The notes below the pieces were generated by a model. It saw only the letters and a program-made list of their open reading frames with translations, did no database searches and was not told where the DNA came from. Made by a program: the position numbers and the translations under genes. 64,000 nucleotides of DNA from contig OX597834.1 of NCBI GenBank assembly GCA_951406725.2, positions 6,696,001 to 6,760,000 of the forward strand, read 5' to 3'. This DNA is from Octopus vulgaris. Taxonomy: Eukaryota. Positions 25,195-38,056 of this stretch are shown piece after piece; position 1 is the stretch's first letter, and every line of letters starts with the position of its first letter.

Positions 25195-25420
25195 AAACTA
25201 ATTCTTAATTTTTACTCAGTCTACTTTCAGGCTTCTCACTTCTAAGTTTTGTTCCCACATTTGGAATTTCTTTTTCAATTTCTACAACAGATTCAACTTA
25301 ATGAACGATGGGCAGCTAATCTTAAGCTCCTTTATTATGACATAGAGGATAACAGTAAATAGAAAAGGACTAAGACCCGAACCCTGATGGACATCAAGCT
25401 GCTCATGGCAAATTCATTAC
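25195..25420 (-). mobile_element. RTE-clade LINE reverse transcriptase remnant, partly duplicated at 25863-25960
   Basis: Minus-strand translation DVHQGSGLSPFLFTVILYVIIKELKISCP...KKKFQMWEQNLEVRSLKV resembles the RT motif GVHQGSVLSPLLF. Confidence 0.75.
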
Positions 25421-25740
25421 CGGTGTCACATAAAAAGCACCATCTGAACGTGGCCGATGCCAGCGTCGCCTTGGCTGGCTTCCGTGCCGGTGGCACATTA
25501 AATGCACCAACCGATCGTGGCCGATGCCAGACCCCCCTGGCACCTGTGCAGGTGGCACGTAAAAAGCACCCACTACACTCGCGGAGTGGTTGGCGTTAGG
25601 AAGGGCATCCAGCTGTAGAAACACTGCCAGATCAGACTGGAGCCTGGTGCTGGCCCTGGCTTCCCAGACCCCGGTCGAACCGTCCAACCCGTGCTAGTGC
25701 GGAAAACGGACGTCAAACGATGATGATGATGATGATGATG
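25421..25740 (+). mobile_element. SINE-like family E
   Basis: Internal aaaaagcacc repeats, ggaagggcatccagctgtagaaa, (GAT)n tail. Confidence 0.85.
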
Positions 25741-26203
25741 ATTTACTGCTGATCCTTTGTAAGAAATTCAACATTTGGACTAATTATTACACATCAAATA
25801 CCGTACTGTAGTGTGTCTTCTTCAATCATTTCAGGTTGAATATGCAGCTGTGAAAACAGCTGAAGCTCCTTTATTATGACATAGAGGATAACAGTAAATA
25901 GAAGAGGACTAAGACCAGAACCCTGATGAACATCTAGCTGCTCACTGCAAATTCATTACTATATTTATTGCTGATCCTTATCTAGCTGACTGCATCTCTG
26001 TTTGTGGCTTGCATATCCCCCACAAAGCATTCCCACATTACTGACAAAATCCCAGTAAGCTAGGAAATCTTCAATTGTTTTCTATAAGAAAAATGAGATT
26101 TTATGATGTTTAAATATCCACAATCACATTAAAAAATTATTTTGTTTTTGTTTTCAAGTCATTAAGGATAAAATGGATGGTAATACCAGTTGGTTTTGTT
26201 TAA

Positions 26204-26586
26204 TCTCTCTCTATATAAAGCTGAAGTTGTCTGTGTATGGCAGGTTTGGTAGCCTTCAACTAACACTATCTCCTCCAAGACCCTGCATCGCAAGTTGACC
26301 AAAATTGAGATTATGATAGAAGAAGGCTTGCTCTTCCTTCTGTATCGGACCATGTTAAACACTAGATATTATTTACATCAAAAAGGTACATTTTTTCTAT
26401 GAATATCCCTATTTTTTACGATTTTTTTACTGCTGTGTCGGCATTTTTCGGTGTATTTCAACCAGAAAAATGTTCACTTACAGAGAATAACAAGCTACAT
26501 AATGCAAAATTTTTACTTTCCAAAAATTCCAATTCTAAAGGGTCGAAAAGAAAACAAGCCCGAGCAACACTGGGCTATACTGCTAC
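26204..26586 (+). mobile_element. Non-autonomous Helitron-like element
   Basis: 5' A|TC start; subterminal hairpin gcccgagcaacactgggc 26558-26575; 3' CTAC|T (CTAG-like); no TSD. Confidence 0.6.
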
Positions 26587-27247
26587 TATTGAATACAAAT
26601 AATTTAGGTTTGTTTGAAATGTTGACTGCATCCCAAAGAAGCACCCAGAAAAATAAGGATATGGTAAATATCAGAGAAAAAGTATTGTAACAAGTTTGCC
26701 AATTGTAGCAAATTGGAAGGCATTTTTTTATGTGTTTTGGAACATAATTTCTTTGCTACATTAACCAGAAAGTGTTCATGCAATACAAGAAAAGGAACAT
26801 TCAGATCAAACACCACATATGACAAATGCAGAAAATCTTTGTTAGAAATTCAACATTTGGACTAATTATTACACATCAAATACAGTACTGTAGTGTGTCT
26901 TCTTCAATCATTTCAGGTTGAACATGCAGCTGTGAAAACAACTGATGGATGTGGATGCCAATGGGAATTGATCACTCTGAGGGTGACGTGAGTGGAGAAT
27001 GTCATGGCAGCTCAGACATCTTGACACTCTGCAAAGCTTGACTGTATTGTAAATACAGTCAAGTGTTCATGGAAAATCCAGACAAGCCACTGAACTGTCA
27101 TGTGGACAACAGCCATTGATTGGATAACAATTGGATTTGTGCATATGATAAGAATGCGATTTCTATGTAGCAAAATGTGGGATTGATTCCAGTTGCTACA
27201 ATATCAAACACAAGACTTTAGCACATTTTTTTTATTAAAAATCCTTC

Positions 27248-27643
27248 GGAGTGGCTGTTTGGTAAGTAGCTTGTTTACCAACCACATGGTTCCGGGTTCA
27301 GTCCCACTGCGTGGCACCTTGGGCAAGTGTCTTCGGGCCAACCAAAGCCTTGTGAGTGGATTTGGTAGACGGAAACTGAAAGAAGCCCGTCGTATATATG
27401 TATATATATATGTGTGTGTGTGTTTGTGCGTCTGTGTTTGTCCCCCCCCCCCAACATCGCTTGACAACAGATGCTGGTGTGTTTATGTCCCCGTCACTTA
27501 GCGGTTCGGCAAAAGAGACCGATAGAATAAGTAGTGGGCTTACAAAAGAATAAGTCCCGGGGTCGAGTTGCTCGATTAAAGGCGGTGCTCCAGCATGGCC
27601 GCAGTCAAATGACTGAAACAAGTGAAAAAGTAAAAGAGTAAAA
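27248..27643 (+). mobile_element. SINE family B, near full length
   Basis: Homology to other B copies. Confidence 0.9.
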
Positions 27644-28031
27644 GGTAGGCCTGTTTGCCATTCTTAGTCCATGTGTTTTGCAGAAAGGAGAATGTATCAA
27701 TAATATCCATGAAACTCTCTCAAGAAAGCTGCCTGTTTAAGATGGCTGCTAAAATATGGCAAGGAAATAATTTATGAATTATTTAAATGACTTATTGATA
27801 ATGAGAAGGTAATAAAAGAATGGATGGTAATGAAATACAGCAAATGAGATGATAATAAAAAAAGGCTAATAAAAATGAAGCAATATAAGATGGTAATAAA
27901 AAAGGAATGATAAGAATATTTAAAATTGAAGGAAACTGCTGAGAGTAAATGAGGTTCTTGTTAACTCTGGATTCGAAGATATGAGAAGTTAGATGAGAGA
28001 CACATTAAAGCAAAACAGAAAAAAAACAGAA

Positions 28032-28476
28032 ATGAAGAAGAAGAAGAAGAAGAAGAAGAAGAAGAAGAAGAAGAAGAAGAAGAAGAAGAAGAAGAAGAAG
28101 GGGAGGAGGAGGAGGAGGAGGAAGGAGAAGGGGGAGTAGGAAGAGGAAGGAGGAGGAGGAGGAGGAGAATGAAGAAGAAGGAGGAGGAGGAAGCAGAAGA
28201 AGAAGAAGAAGAAGAAGAAGAAGAAGAAGAAGAAGAAGAAGCAGAGGAGGAAGAAGGGGAAGAAGAAGAAGAAGAAGAAGAAGAAGAAGAAGCAGAGGAG
28301 GAGGAAGAAGAAGAAGAAGAAGGAAAAGAAGGCGGAGAAGAAGAAGGAAAAGAAGAAGAAGAAGAAGGAGGAGGAGAAGAAGAAGAAGAAGAAGGAAAAG
28401 AAGAAGAAGAAGAAGGAGAAGATGGAAGAAGAAGAAGAAGAAGAAGAAGAAGAAAGAGATGAAGAAGAAGAAGAAG
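28032..28476. repeat. (GAA/GGA)n polypurine tract
   Basis: Direct reading. Confidence 0.97.
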
Positions 28477-29335
28477 TTCTATTTTTGACAAGGTTATGCT
28501 TGCAAAGAAGACTTGGTTTCCAGCACATTGTAAGCAATACCCCATTGATGCTCCCACTGTCTATTCTAGTGCTACTACCGCTACTACTATAATACTTATT
28601 TGTAACTCTTCCTAGGAATCCCTTAATGTAGCTCCCTTTCCCTTTATTTGAGTCTCGAGTAAAAGTAAGATTACAAACTTGAAGAACTAACAAAAAGATG
28701 GAGACAGGAACCAACAGCAATAATTCTCTGTTTGCAGAAATAAAATTGATGCAAAAATTTGTCAAGACAAATTTCTCCTAAACTTCTGGAATTTTAGTAC
28801 CATTGATTTTCAGCAATTTATCCATTCTAAGACATCCCTGATCTTGTTGAATCAAAACTCCAGTGGGGTTTTTTTTTTTCAAATTTTTAATGGAATCCAC
28901 AGGTTTTTCTCTATTTTCTGGCTTTCGATATTTTTCAATATTATTTTTCCTTACTTCTAATCTTGTTTTGCCAAATTTTCCTCTCTTGATATCGATATGT
29001 ACAAATTTCCTAATGCTGTTTCACTGAAAATAAATAAGTGTTCCCATCTGTGAATCTAATTTGAATTTTAAAAACAATTTCAAAGAAAACTTGTGTTGGT
29101 TCATAGCAGAAAAGAAAACCTTTATTTCCATTCTGAAAATAGACTCAGCATGAGAACAGTGACTTTCACTTCGTGTTCTATGTTGCCTGGGGGAAAGGAT
29201 TTGATACATAACAAAGTTGCTGCTCAGAGCCAAACCAAACTAACCTCAAGATTGCTTTACTGCCAAAATAAATGTCAAGTTTAAAAAGTTCTAAAGATGT
29301 TGATTATTATCAATGCTTGTCATTCAATTTCTGAA

Positions 29336-29560
29336 TACTCTTTACTCTTTACTCTTTTATTTGTTTCAGTCATTTGGCTGTGGCCATGCTGGAGCACCGC
29401 CTTTAGTTGAGCAAGTCGATCCCTGAATTTACTCTTTGTAAGCCTAGTACTTATTCTGTCGGTCTCATTTTTTTAGTTACTGGGGCGTAAACACACCAGC
29501 ATCGGTTGTGAAGCGATGATGCAGAGACAAATACACACAGAAATATACACACACATACAT
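29336..29560 (-). mobile_element. SINE family B, 3' half
   Basis: Homology; ends at its internal CA tract, where a family C copy begins. Confidence 0.85.
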
Positions 29561-29899
29561 GCGCATGGCTCAGTGGTTAGAGCGTCGAGCTTACGATCGT
29601 GAGGTTGTGAGCTCGAATCCCGGACCGGGCTGCGTGTTGTGTTCTTGAGCAAGACACTTAATTTTCACGTTGCTCCAGTTCACTCAGCTGTAGAAATGAG
29701 TTGCGACGTCACAGGTGCCAAGCTGTATCGACCTTTGTCTTTCCCTTGGATAACACTGGTGGCGTGGAGAGGGGAGGCCGGTATGCATGGGCGACTACTG
29801 GTCTTCCATAAAAAAAACCTTGCCCAGACTTGTGCCTCAGAGGGTAACTCTCTAGGTGCAAACCCATGGTCACTCATGACCGAAGGGGGTCTTTACCCT
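29561..29899 (+). mobile_element. SINE family C
   Basis: A box tggctcagtgg, B box gctcgaatcc; homolog of 8331-8667. Confidence 0.9.
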
Positions 29900-29998
29900 T
29901 TTATATATATATATATATATATATACCACTAACTGGCATATACAGGTGCTTACAGTTATCAAGTATTCACCCTGAATTTTTTGTATATATATATATAT

Positions 29999-30404
29999 CT
30001 TTTACTTGTTTCAGTCATTTGACTGCAGCCATGCTGGAGCACTGCCTTTAATCGAGCAACTCGACCCCGGGACTTATTCTTTGTAAGCCCAGTACTTATT
30101 CTATCAGTCTCTTTTTGCCGAACCGCTAAGAGACGGGGACATAAACACACCAGCATCGGTTGTCAAGCAATGCTAGGGGGACAAACACAGACACACAAAC
30201 ACACACACATACACATATATATATGTACAGATATACGACGGGCTTCTTTCAGTTTCCGCCTACCAATTCCACTCACAAGGCTTTGGTCGACACGAGGCTA
30301 TAGTAGAAGACACTTGCCCAAGGTGCCATGCAGTGGGACTGAACCCAGAACCATGTGGTTGGTAAGCAAGCTACTTACCGCACAGCCACTCCTGCGCCTA
30401 TAGG
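29999..30404 (-). mobile_element. SINE family B, full length
   Basis: Homology to other B copies. Confidence 0.9.
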
Positions 30405-30644
30405 TAACATAAGTATATTTTTTGCCAATCATATTCCTGCTTCTATGCTTTCTATGCCTCCATTGTTTGCATTTTGCTAACCACAAGAACTAGAGGTGCT
30501 GTAAGGATGCCTGAATTTGTTCTGTGCACCAGCGAGACACTGTAGCATGGAAACAATTGGTTAAAATAAATAAATAAAAATGAAATTACAATTAAATTAA
30601 AAATTATATTTAAGCAACGCAATGGGTAAACTGTCACCATTATA

Positions 30645-30860
30645 TATGAAATTTCACGCGTACAAATTGCGTATTTTTGATTTTATCGACTACACAGTAT
30701 AGTAGGGTCAGTTGGGCACCATCTGTGAGGAAAACAGCAGCATGACACAATTCACTCTGTCAGAAATTTGGAAATGATATGCCTTACAGTTTGGCATTCA
30801 TGGTAGAAGCTCCAATATGAACATTTCAGAGTGTTTGGGTGTCAATCTGAGGAGAGTGCA
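30645..30860 (+). mobile_element. Tc1/mariner-superfamily 5' remnant
   Basis: MTQFTLSEIWK*YALQFGIHGRSSNMNISECLGVNLRRVQ resembles a transposase N-terminal HTH. Confidence 0.45.
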
Positions 30861-30936
30861 ATTTTGATACAATATAAAGGACATAATGGAAATTAATATG
30901 CACAAAGTCAGTCAAAATTTGCAATACTACTATATT

Positions 30937-31515
30937 ACATATGAAAAATGACATCGCTTAAATGTCAGGCATTTCTGGCTTCGCATGTCTGTGTTCTTTC
31001 CAAAACACCCTGAAAAGTTTCAGACCCCACTTCTCTGATTTCTCTATTGATGTTCTCCTTCAGCTGCACCAGGGCCTTTGGTTTATTGACACAAACCCTC
31101 TTGTTCAGGTATCCTCACAAGAAAAATCCAGGCTAGTCAAGTCTGGGGAACGTGAAGGCCAGTTGACATTGCCATAGTAGGAGATGATTCTCTCTCCAAA
31201 GCACTGCCATAGCAACTACGTCGTTTCTGTTGTGGTATGGCGGCGAGCTGGCAGAACCGTTAGCATGCTGGGCGAAATGCTTAGCGGTATTTTGTCTGCC
31301 GCTACGTTCTGAGTTCAAATTCCGCTGAGGTCGACTTTGCCTTTCATCCTTTCGGGGTCGATAAATTAAGTACCAGTTATGCACTAGGGTCGATGTAATC
31401 GACTTAATACCTATGTCTGTCTTTGTTTGTCCCCTCAATGTTTAGCCCCTTGTGGGTAATAAAGAAATAGGTATGAGCAGTTTCCCCATCTGTCTGGAAA
31501 CATGTGTGATGTCTA
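30937..31515 (-). mobile_element. Decayed DD41D (rosa/Visitor-type) transposase C-terminus, split by a SINE
   Basis: FQTDGETAHT[SINE]TTETT*LLWQCFGERIISYYGNVNWPSRSPDLTSLDF...HLSDVIFHM*; 41 residues between the last two Asp once the SINE and one TSD copy are removed. Confidence 0.8.
31239..31469 (+). mobile_element. SINE family A monomer, TSD ggtatg
   Basis: Homology; interrupts the DD41D frame. Confidence 0.9.
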
Positions 31516-32197
31516 CTTTGAATGGTCATCACGTTCCCCAAACTTAACTCGCCTAGATTTTTCACATACGCACACACACGGAAACACATTCAACCACACA
31601 CAGAGAAAAAGATAGAGTGACAGAAAGTGAAAGGATAAAGAACTACAGGGTACCATATGATTTCAGATATATTTCTGTACCTTCAGAGATTGCAAAACAG
31701 GGATATTTCACTTAAAGCCTTCAGCCCTTATCTTCCAACCTCATAAAGACAGACAAACAAAACAAAATACAAAGTATAGGTTCAACAGTAAAGGAGAATT
31801 TTGAGTAGGAACATAAAGAATATGTCATGTGAAACACAGTAAAATGGAATCAGAGAGAAGAAGTGTACAATTTCAGAGGAAAAGGTATTTATTGAAACAA
31901 AAAAAGAACCTTATAGACATTATTCTAGCAACAATGGAACTATTTAAAGTGCAATTGAAAAGCAATCTATACATAATTTGAACAATTTTCCCTGTTTGGA
32001 ATTGATTTTTTGCCCAAGATAGGTGATGGAATCAAATTTGTGCTAGATTACTTTGCCATTATTATTCTGGGAATAACTAATTTCAATTTCCAATGTTGGC
32101 TTCGTCCCCCTGTATTTTGTGCAAGAATAATGCAGCAGTAAATATTCATGTAACAGGACTTGTATTGCAATCATTTGATGTCTGATTAGGACGATTT

Positions 32198-32308
32198 GGT
32201 GTGTGTGTGTGTGTGTGGGTATCTGTGTGTGCGTGTGTGTATACATGTATGTGCACATGTATATGTATATGTGTGTGCATGTATAAATATATATATACAT
32301 ATATATGT

Positions 32309-32364
<56 letters not shown>

Positions 32365-32520
32365 GTATGTATGTATATATATGTATGTATATGTATATAT
32401 ATGTATATATATATACGTATATATATATACGTATATATATACATATATATATGTATATATATATATGTATATATGTATATATGTATATATATATATATAT
32501 ACATATGTATATATATATAT

Positions 32521-32567
<47 letters not shown>

Positions 32568-32655
32568 CACATATATACATACACACACACACACACATTG
32601 CATCTATGTGTTTATGTATGTATGCATGAGCTAAAGTACGTCATAAATAAATGAA

Positions 32656-32708
<53 letters not shown>

Positions 32709-32716
32709 GCTCTCTC
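32198..32716. repeat. (TG)/(TA)/(CT)n microsatellites
   Basis: Direct reading. Confidence 0.96.
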
Positions 32717-33149
32717 CATGCTGGAGAGATTCTCGTTGCTCATACCTGGAAACGATGCAGCAAAGAAAGTAGATGATATATAAAACAGGAAAAAAACAAA
32801 AACAAAAAAAAAGGGCCGTCCAAAACAATGGAGCTGGCCAGAATTCAACATGTGAGCTTCTTACCATTTTTGCCATAGACAACTGCATTTGCTGTCTATT
32901 TATGAGATAACTATAGAGCCAAAACATGGTTTATGTTTCCTGTGCTGTATCATTTTACTCCTATCAGATATATTTTACAAATTTCCCTATTCAGATTCTT
33001 TGGAGAAGCATGAGGCTATTAACTGCAGACATGGGGATGGTTAAGAGGTTTGTTTCTCAAACGCACTTCCGTCGGTTCAATCTTACTGCGTACCATGCTG
33101 GTGAAGCGTCTTCCAAAATGGTATTTAGTTGATAATATGTGAGAAGTAG

Positions 33150-33571
33150 ACCTGGCAGAAACGTTAGCACGCCGGGCGAAAAGTGTAGCCGTATTTCGTC
33201 TGCCGTTACGTTCTAAGTTCAAATTCCCCCGAGGTCGACTTTGCCTTTCATCCCTTCGGGGTCAATAAAGTAAGTACGAGTTATGCACTGGGGTCGATAT
33301 AATCGACTTAATCTATTTGTCTGTCCTTGTTTGTCCCCTTTGTGTTTAGCCCCTGTGGGTAGTAATGAAACAGGTATTTCGTCTGTCTTTATGTTCTCGA
33401 GTTCAAATTCTGCCGAGATTGACTTTGCCTTTCATCCTTCCGGGGTTGATAAATTGAGTACCAGTTATGCACTGGGGTCGATGTAATCGACGTAATCCAT
33501 TTGTCTGTCATTGTTTATCCCCTCTGTGTTTAGCCCCTTGTGGGTAGTAAAGAAATAGGTATTTTGTCTGT
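33150..33571 (+). mobile_element. SINE family A tandem dimer plus the start of a third unit
   Basis: Junctions gaaacag|gtatttcg and gaaatag|gtattttg. Confidence 0.88.
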
Positions 33572-33975
33572 CTTTATTACCCACAAGGGACTAAACCCAG
33601 AGAGGACAAACAAGGACAGACAAACGGATTTAGTCAATTACATCAACCCCAGTGTGTAACTGGTACTTAATTTATCGACCCTGAAAGTATGAAATGCAAA
33701 GTCGACCCTGGCGGAATTTGAACTCAGAACATAATGGCAGACGAAATACCTATTTTTTTTTAACACACAAGGGGCTAAACACAGAGAGGACGAACAAGGA
33801 CAGACAAACGGATTTAGTCGATTACATCAACCGCAGTGCGTAACTGGTACTTAATTTATCGACCCCAAAAGGATGAAAGGCAAAGTCGACTTCAGCGTAA
33901 TTTGAACTCAGAACGTAATGGCATACGAAATACGGCTACACATTTCGCCCGGTGTGCTAACATTTCTGCCAACTC
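33571..33975 (-). mobile_element. SINE family A tandem dimer, tail-to-tail with the previous array
   Basis: Reverse complement of the A units. Confidence 0.88.
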
Positions 33976-34596
33976 CTATATATGTGTGTATATGTGCGTG
34001 ATGGGTTTCCACATCTACCAAATTCCCTCACAAGGCATTATTGGTTGCTCAGGGCCCATTGTAGAAAAGAAACTTAATCAAGGTGCCTCACAGTAAGACT
34101 GAACCTGAACTCACATGGCTGCAAAGCAAACTTCTCAACCACACAACCACACAACTGCACCTAAATATGTTGCTGTGGGATATAAACACCAACAAAAACA
34201 AAAGAAACCCTGAAAAATCAGTATTTGTTGAGAAAAATCTGGTGAATAATCTGTTGTGCACTGGGTTACATCTAATCTCTTGCACTGGCTTACTTCTAAT
34301 CTCTCTCCCCCTCTCTTTCTACCTGAAATAATATGAATCATAATGTGGCCCATGGGAAACCGTTATCAAAGAATGTTATTGATTCACAAATTGCATTATT
34401 AAATTAAAACAGCTAAGCTTCCCCCAACCCATCTCCCTATATTAATGTTTAGAAAATTTACACCTTTGTTTATTTGTACATTCATTTATTTATTTTTTTT
34501 TTTTAGAGTGGGTGGATCATCAACTGAATTTCTAGGACATCATTGTTCTTAATCGTATAGCATCTCTAATTAAAAACCATTTAGAATAATGATAAG

Positions 34597-34733
<137 letters not shown>

Positions 34734-34780
34734 AGTAGTTGAATGAATTATCTTGTTATGGATATAATATATATATACAT

Positions 34781-34932
34781 GGTGGCGAGCTGGCAGAAAC
34801 GTTAGCGCACTGGGCGAAATGCGTAGCTGTATTTCATCTGCCGTTACGTTCTGGGTTCAAATTCCGCTGAGGTAGACTTTTCCTTTCATCCTTTCGGGGT
34901 TGATAAATTGAGTACCAGTCACGCACTGGAGT
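34781..34932 (+). mobile_element. SINE family A, 3'-truncated
   Basis: Shares flank and private substitutions with 35323-35550. Confidence 0.85.
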
Positions 34933-35227
34933 TGAACGACAAATTAACAAAATTCCTTTATTTTCCGTCATATTCCCTAATTGCGAAGGAATAAGGAGTA
35001 TATTATGCCGCTTTCTCATCAGGAAAAGCAAGGAACTTATGTCAACATCAAGATGCAATTTAAAAACTTTTAGATGACTGCTCACACGGAGCCCATAGTG
35101 GTAAAAATATTCCTTATTCCTTCGCAATTAGGAATATGCAGCCTTCAATCCCACTGCATGGCACCTTGGGCAAGTGTCTTCTACTATAGCCTTGGGCTGA
35201 CCAAAACCTTGCGAGTGGATTTGTTTA

Positions 35228-35278
<51 letters not shown>

Positions 35279-35322
35279 CACTTTATATATATATACATAT
35301 ATACACACATATATATATACAT

Positions 35323-35550
35323 GGTGGCGAGCTGGCAGAAACGTTAGCGTGCCGGGCGAAATGCGTAGCCGTATTTCATCTGCCGTTACGTTCTGGGTTC
35401 AAATTCCGCTGAGGTCGACTTTGCCTTTCATCCTTTCGGGGTTGATAAATTGAGTACCAGTCACGCACTGGGATTAATGTAATCGACTTAATCCATTTCC
35501 CCTTGTTTTTCCCGTCTGTGTTTAGCCCCTTGTGGGTAGTAAAGAAATAG
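35323..35550 (+). mobile_element. SINE family A monomer
   Basis: Homology to other A copies. Confidence 0.88.
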
Positions 35551-36858
35551 GTATGCAAATACCTTTAACGTTACCATAAATGAATTTAAAAGACATATAT
35601 AGGCGCAGGAGTGGCTGTGCTTAAAAGCAATAAGTCCCAACCACATGGTTCTGATTTGTTTGACTGCATGACACCTTGGCAAGTGTCTTCTACTATAGCC
35701 TTGAGGTGACAAATGAGTGGAACAAGTTGAAAGGAAAGTGAAAGAAGTACGTCGTATGTATATATCGAATTGAGAACCCCTTTGGTCATGAATGACCATG
35801 GGATTGCACCTGCAAAGTTATGCAGTCTGGTCCAGGAATCGAACTCACAACCTCACGATTGTAAGCTCAATGCTCTAACCACTGAGCATGTGCCTTCACT
35901 ATATATATATATATATATATATAGATGTATTTATGTATGTATTTGTGTCTGTGTTTGTTCCCCCACCATAGCCTGACAACCAGTGTTTGTGTGTTTATGT
36001 CCCCGTATCTTAGCAGTGGTGTCATTGAAGGCTAATACAATGTGACCAGTAATACAATACAAAGCGCATTGTGACCAGTGATGTGTAGCAACATCTGATA
36101 GCCTGGTCGGTCATGGTGATCATGGTGATATATACACATAATGCATTGTTACAGAAAATCTTATATATTTAGTGTTGTGAGTCCCCAATGTTTTTATCAA
36201 TTAAAACTACATCCGTGGGGAGAAAAGCAACCATTAACATTTATAATAAGAATTTTTCCAAGGCAGAAAGGAAATTAATACTAAAGTTTAAACTGACCCT
36301 GAATAAAAAAGGTCCGATGCAGACAGGAATGAGTCTGACTTTGAATAGTTACTGTCAAAACTGATTGAAATGGTAGTATTATACACGAGTGTGAAAAGAA
36401 AAGAAAATATATGCAATGATAGTCATTTGAAAATTTATATCCCAAAGGCAAAGACCTGAGACACCGCTAATGTATATATTTGAATGTCTACAGCTCTGAA
36501 ATGGCATCTGCCTAGTGAACATATAGCTAAAGGCAGTTGTTAATTCTTCTACTATGTTGTTTGTATATGTGGTTATATGCTGTTGTTTAAAGGTGATGAT
36601 TTCATTCAAAACGTTTTTTTTTTTTTGGTTTAAAAGCTGTAAGTCACATTACTAACTGACATTAGTTTTAAAATATATTTCCATCTTACACCAAGGGTCA
36701 GTGCTAAAAAGTTCTGGGCTCAATTAGAGAATTGTCAGTGAAGCCTTCTATTCCATAAAAGCTGAAAATTGATGTTTTATGCTTCATGTAGTATGCCAGT
36801 CCTGGCCAAAAAATGTTGAGAGCCTGAGGCTCCACCTTTAGCTACAATGATATACTGT

Positions 36859-37158
36859 GGGGGCACATGGCCTAGTGGTTAGAGCAGCGGACTTGCGGTC
36901 GAAGGATCGCAGGTTCAAATTTCAGACTGGGTGATGTGCGTGTTTATGAGCAAAACACCTAAACTACACGCGGCTCCGGCAAAAGGTAATGGCGAACTTC
37001 TGCTGACTCTTTCACCACAACTTTCATTCTTTCCTCCTGCATCTTGCCGTTCACCTATGACAGATCATCGTCCCATCCAGGTGGGGAACCTATACGCCAA
37101 GGAAACTGGGAAGCTGGCCCTTATGAGCCAGGCATGGTTCGAGAAGGAACAAACAATG
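36859..37158 (+). mobile_element. tRNA-derived SINE related to family D, with a different 3' part
   Basis: tggcctagtggttagagcagcggact...ggttcaaat head; gtgtttatgagcaaaacacctaaa shared with D. Confidence 0.75.
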
Positions 37159-37837
37159 ATATACTAAAAATTCATCATACCATCTTCTCTTAGCACAGGG
37201 CCTAATTGAACAAATCTAATTGGCTTAAAACTGGGCCTGCTCACACCCCAATAAATAAAGTTACGGATGTGAAAAAGAGTTGTGTTATTTGCAGTGTAAA
37301 GACTGAAACTAGAAATAATTGAATAAACTGAAAAAGAACATCTTTTGTGCAGTTCGTAGGAAAGTGGTGTTTGAAGATATGAAGGAAGGACAAACTCCAG
37401 CTTCAAAAAATGCAAATAAATCATTTTTAAGCAGAAAACTGTCTGACTATCTAGAACTCAAAATAGAATTTAGTACATAGGTGTAAAACAAGAGAAAAGA
37501 CGGATATATTTGTAACAACACCATGTAAAATTACATGCAAAGAAAATATCAAAATGGAAGAAAATATAATGGAAGCAGTGAGCTAGCAACAATAGGCGAA
37601 ATGCTTTGTGGCATTTTGACTAGTTTCATATTCTGAGTTCAAATTTCACTGAGATCAACTTTACCTTTATCCTTCTGAGGTCGATGAAATAAGAAGTTGC
37701 TGTAATCAGCTTACCCCATCCCTAAAATTGATGGCCTTTTGCCAAAATTTGGGACCAAGGTGAGAAATATAATGTTAGTTGATGTTTCACTTTTTGAAAT
37801 GGGTCATGCAAGAGACCCTTGAGAAGATAATCTATAG

Positions 37838-38056
37838 CAGTGCTTTTCAAACTTTTTGCTGGAGCAGAACCTCAAGGAAACATTCCACTGGCTTGGGGAA
37901 TCCCTGTGCAATAATTTAATAGTTTTATGCACACATATCTGCACAGGAGAATTAAAAATTACTGCCGATTTTAGCAGTTTTGTAACTTCTTGCAGAACCC
38001 CTGGACTGTACTGGTGGAACCCTAAGGTTCCGCGGAACCCTGGTTGAAAACCACTG
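37838..38056. mobile_element. hAT (Charlie/Buster-type) MITE, 219 bp
   Basis: TIRs cagtgcttttcaa / ttgaaaaccactg; perfect 8-bp TSD atctatag with central TA. Confidence 0.92.

Noticed and set aside
29561-29630. tRNA gene calls for SINE heads (also 8331, 36860, 40197, 54617)
   Set aside because: A/B boxes run directly into SINE bodies, and I could not fold a convincing complete cloverleaf
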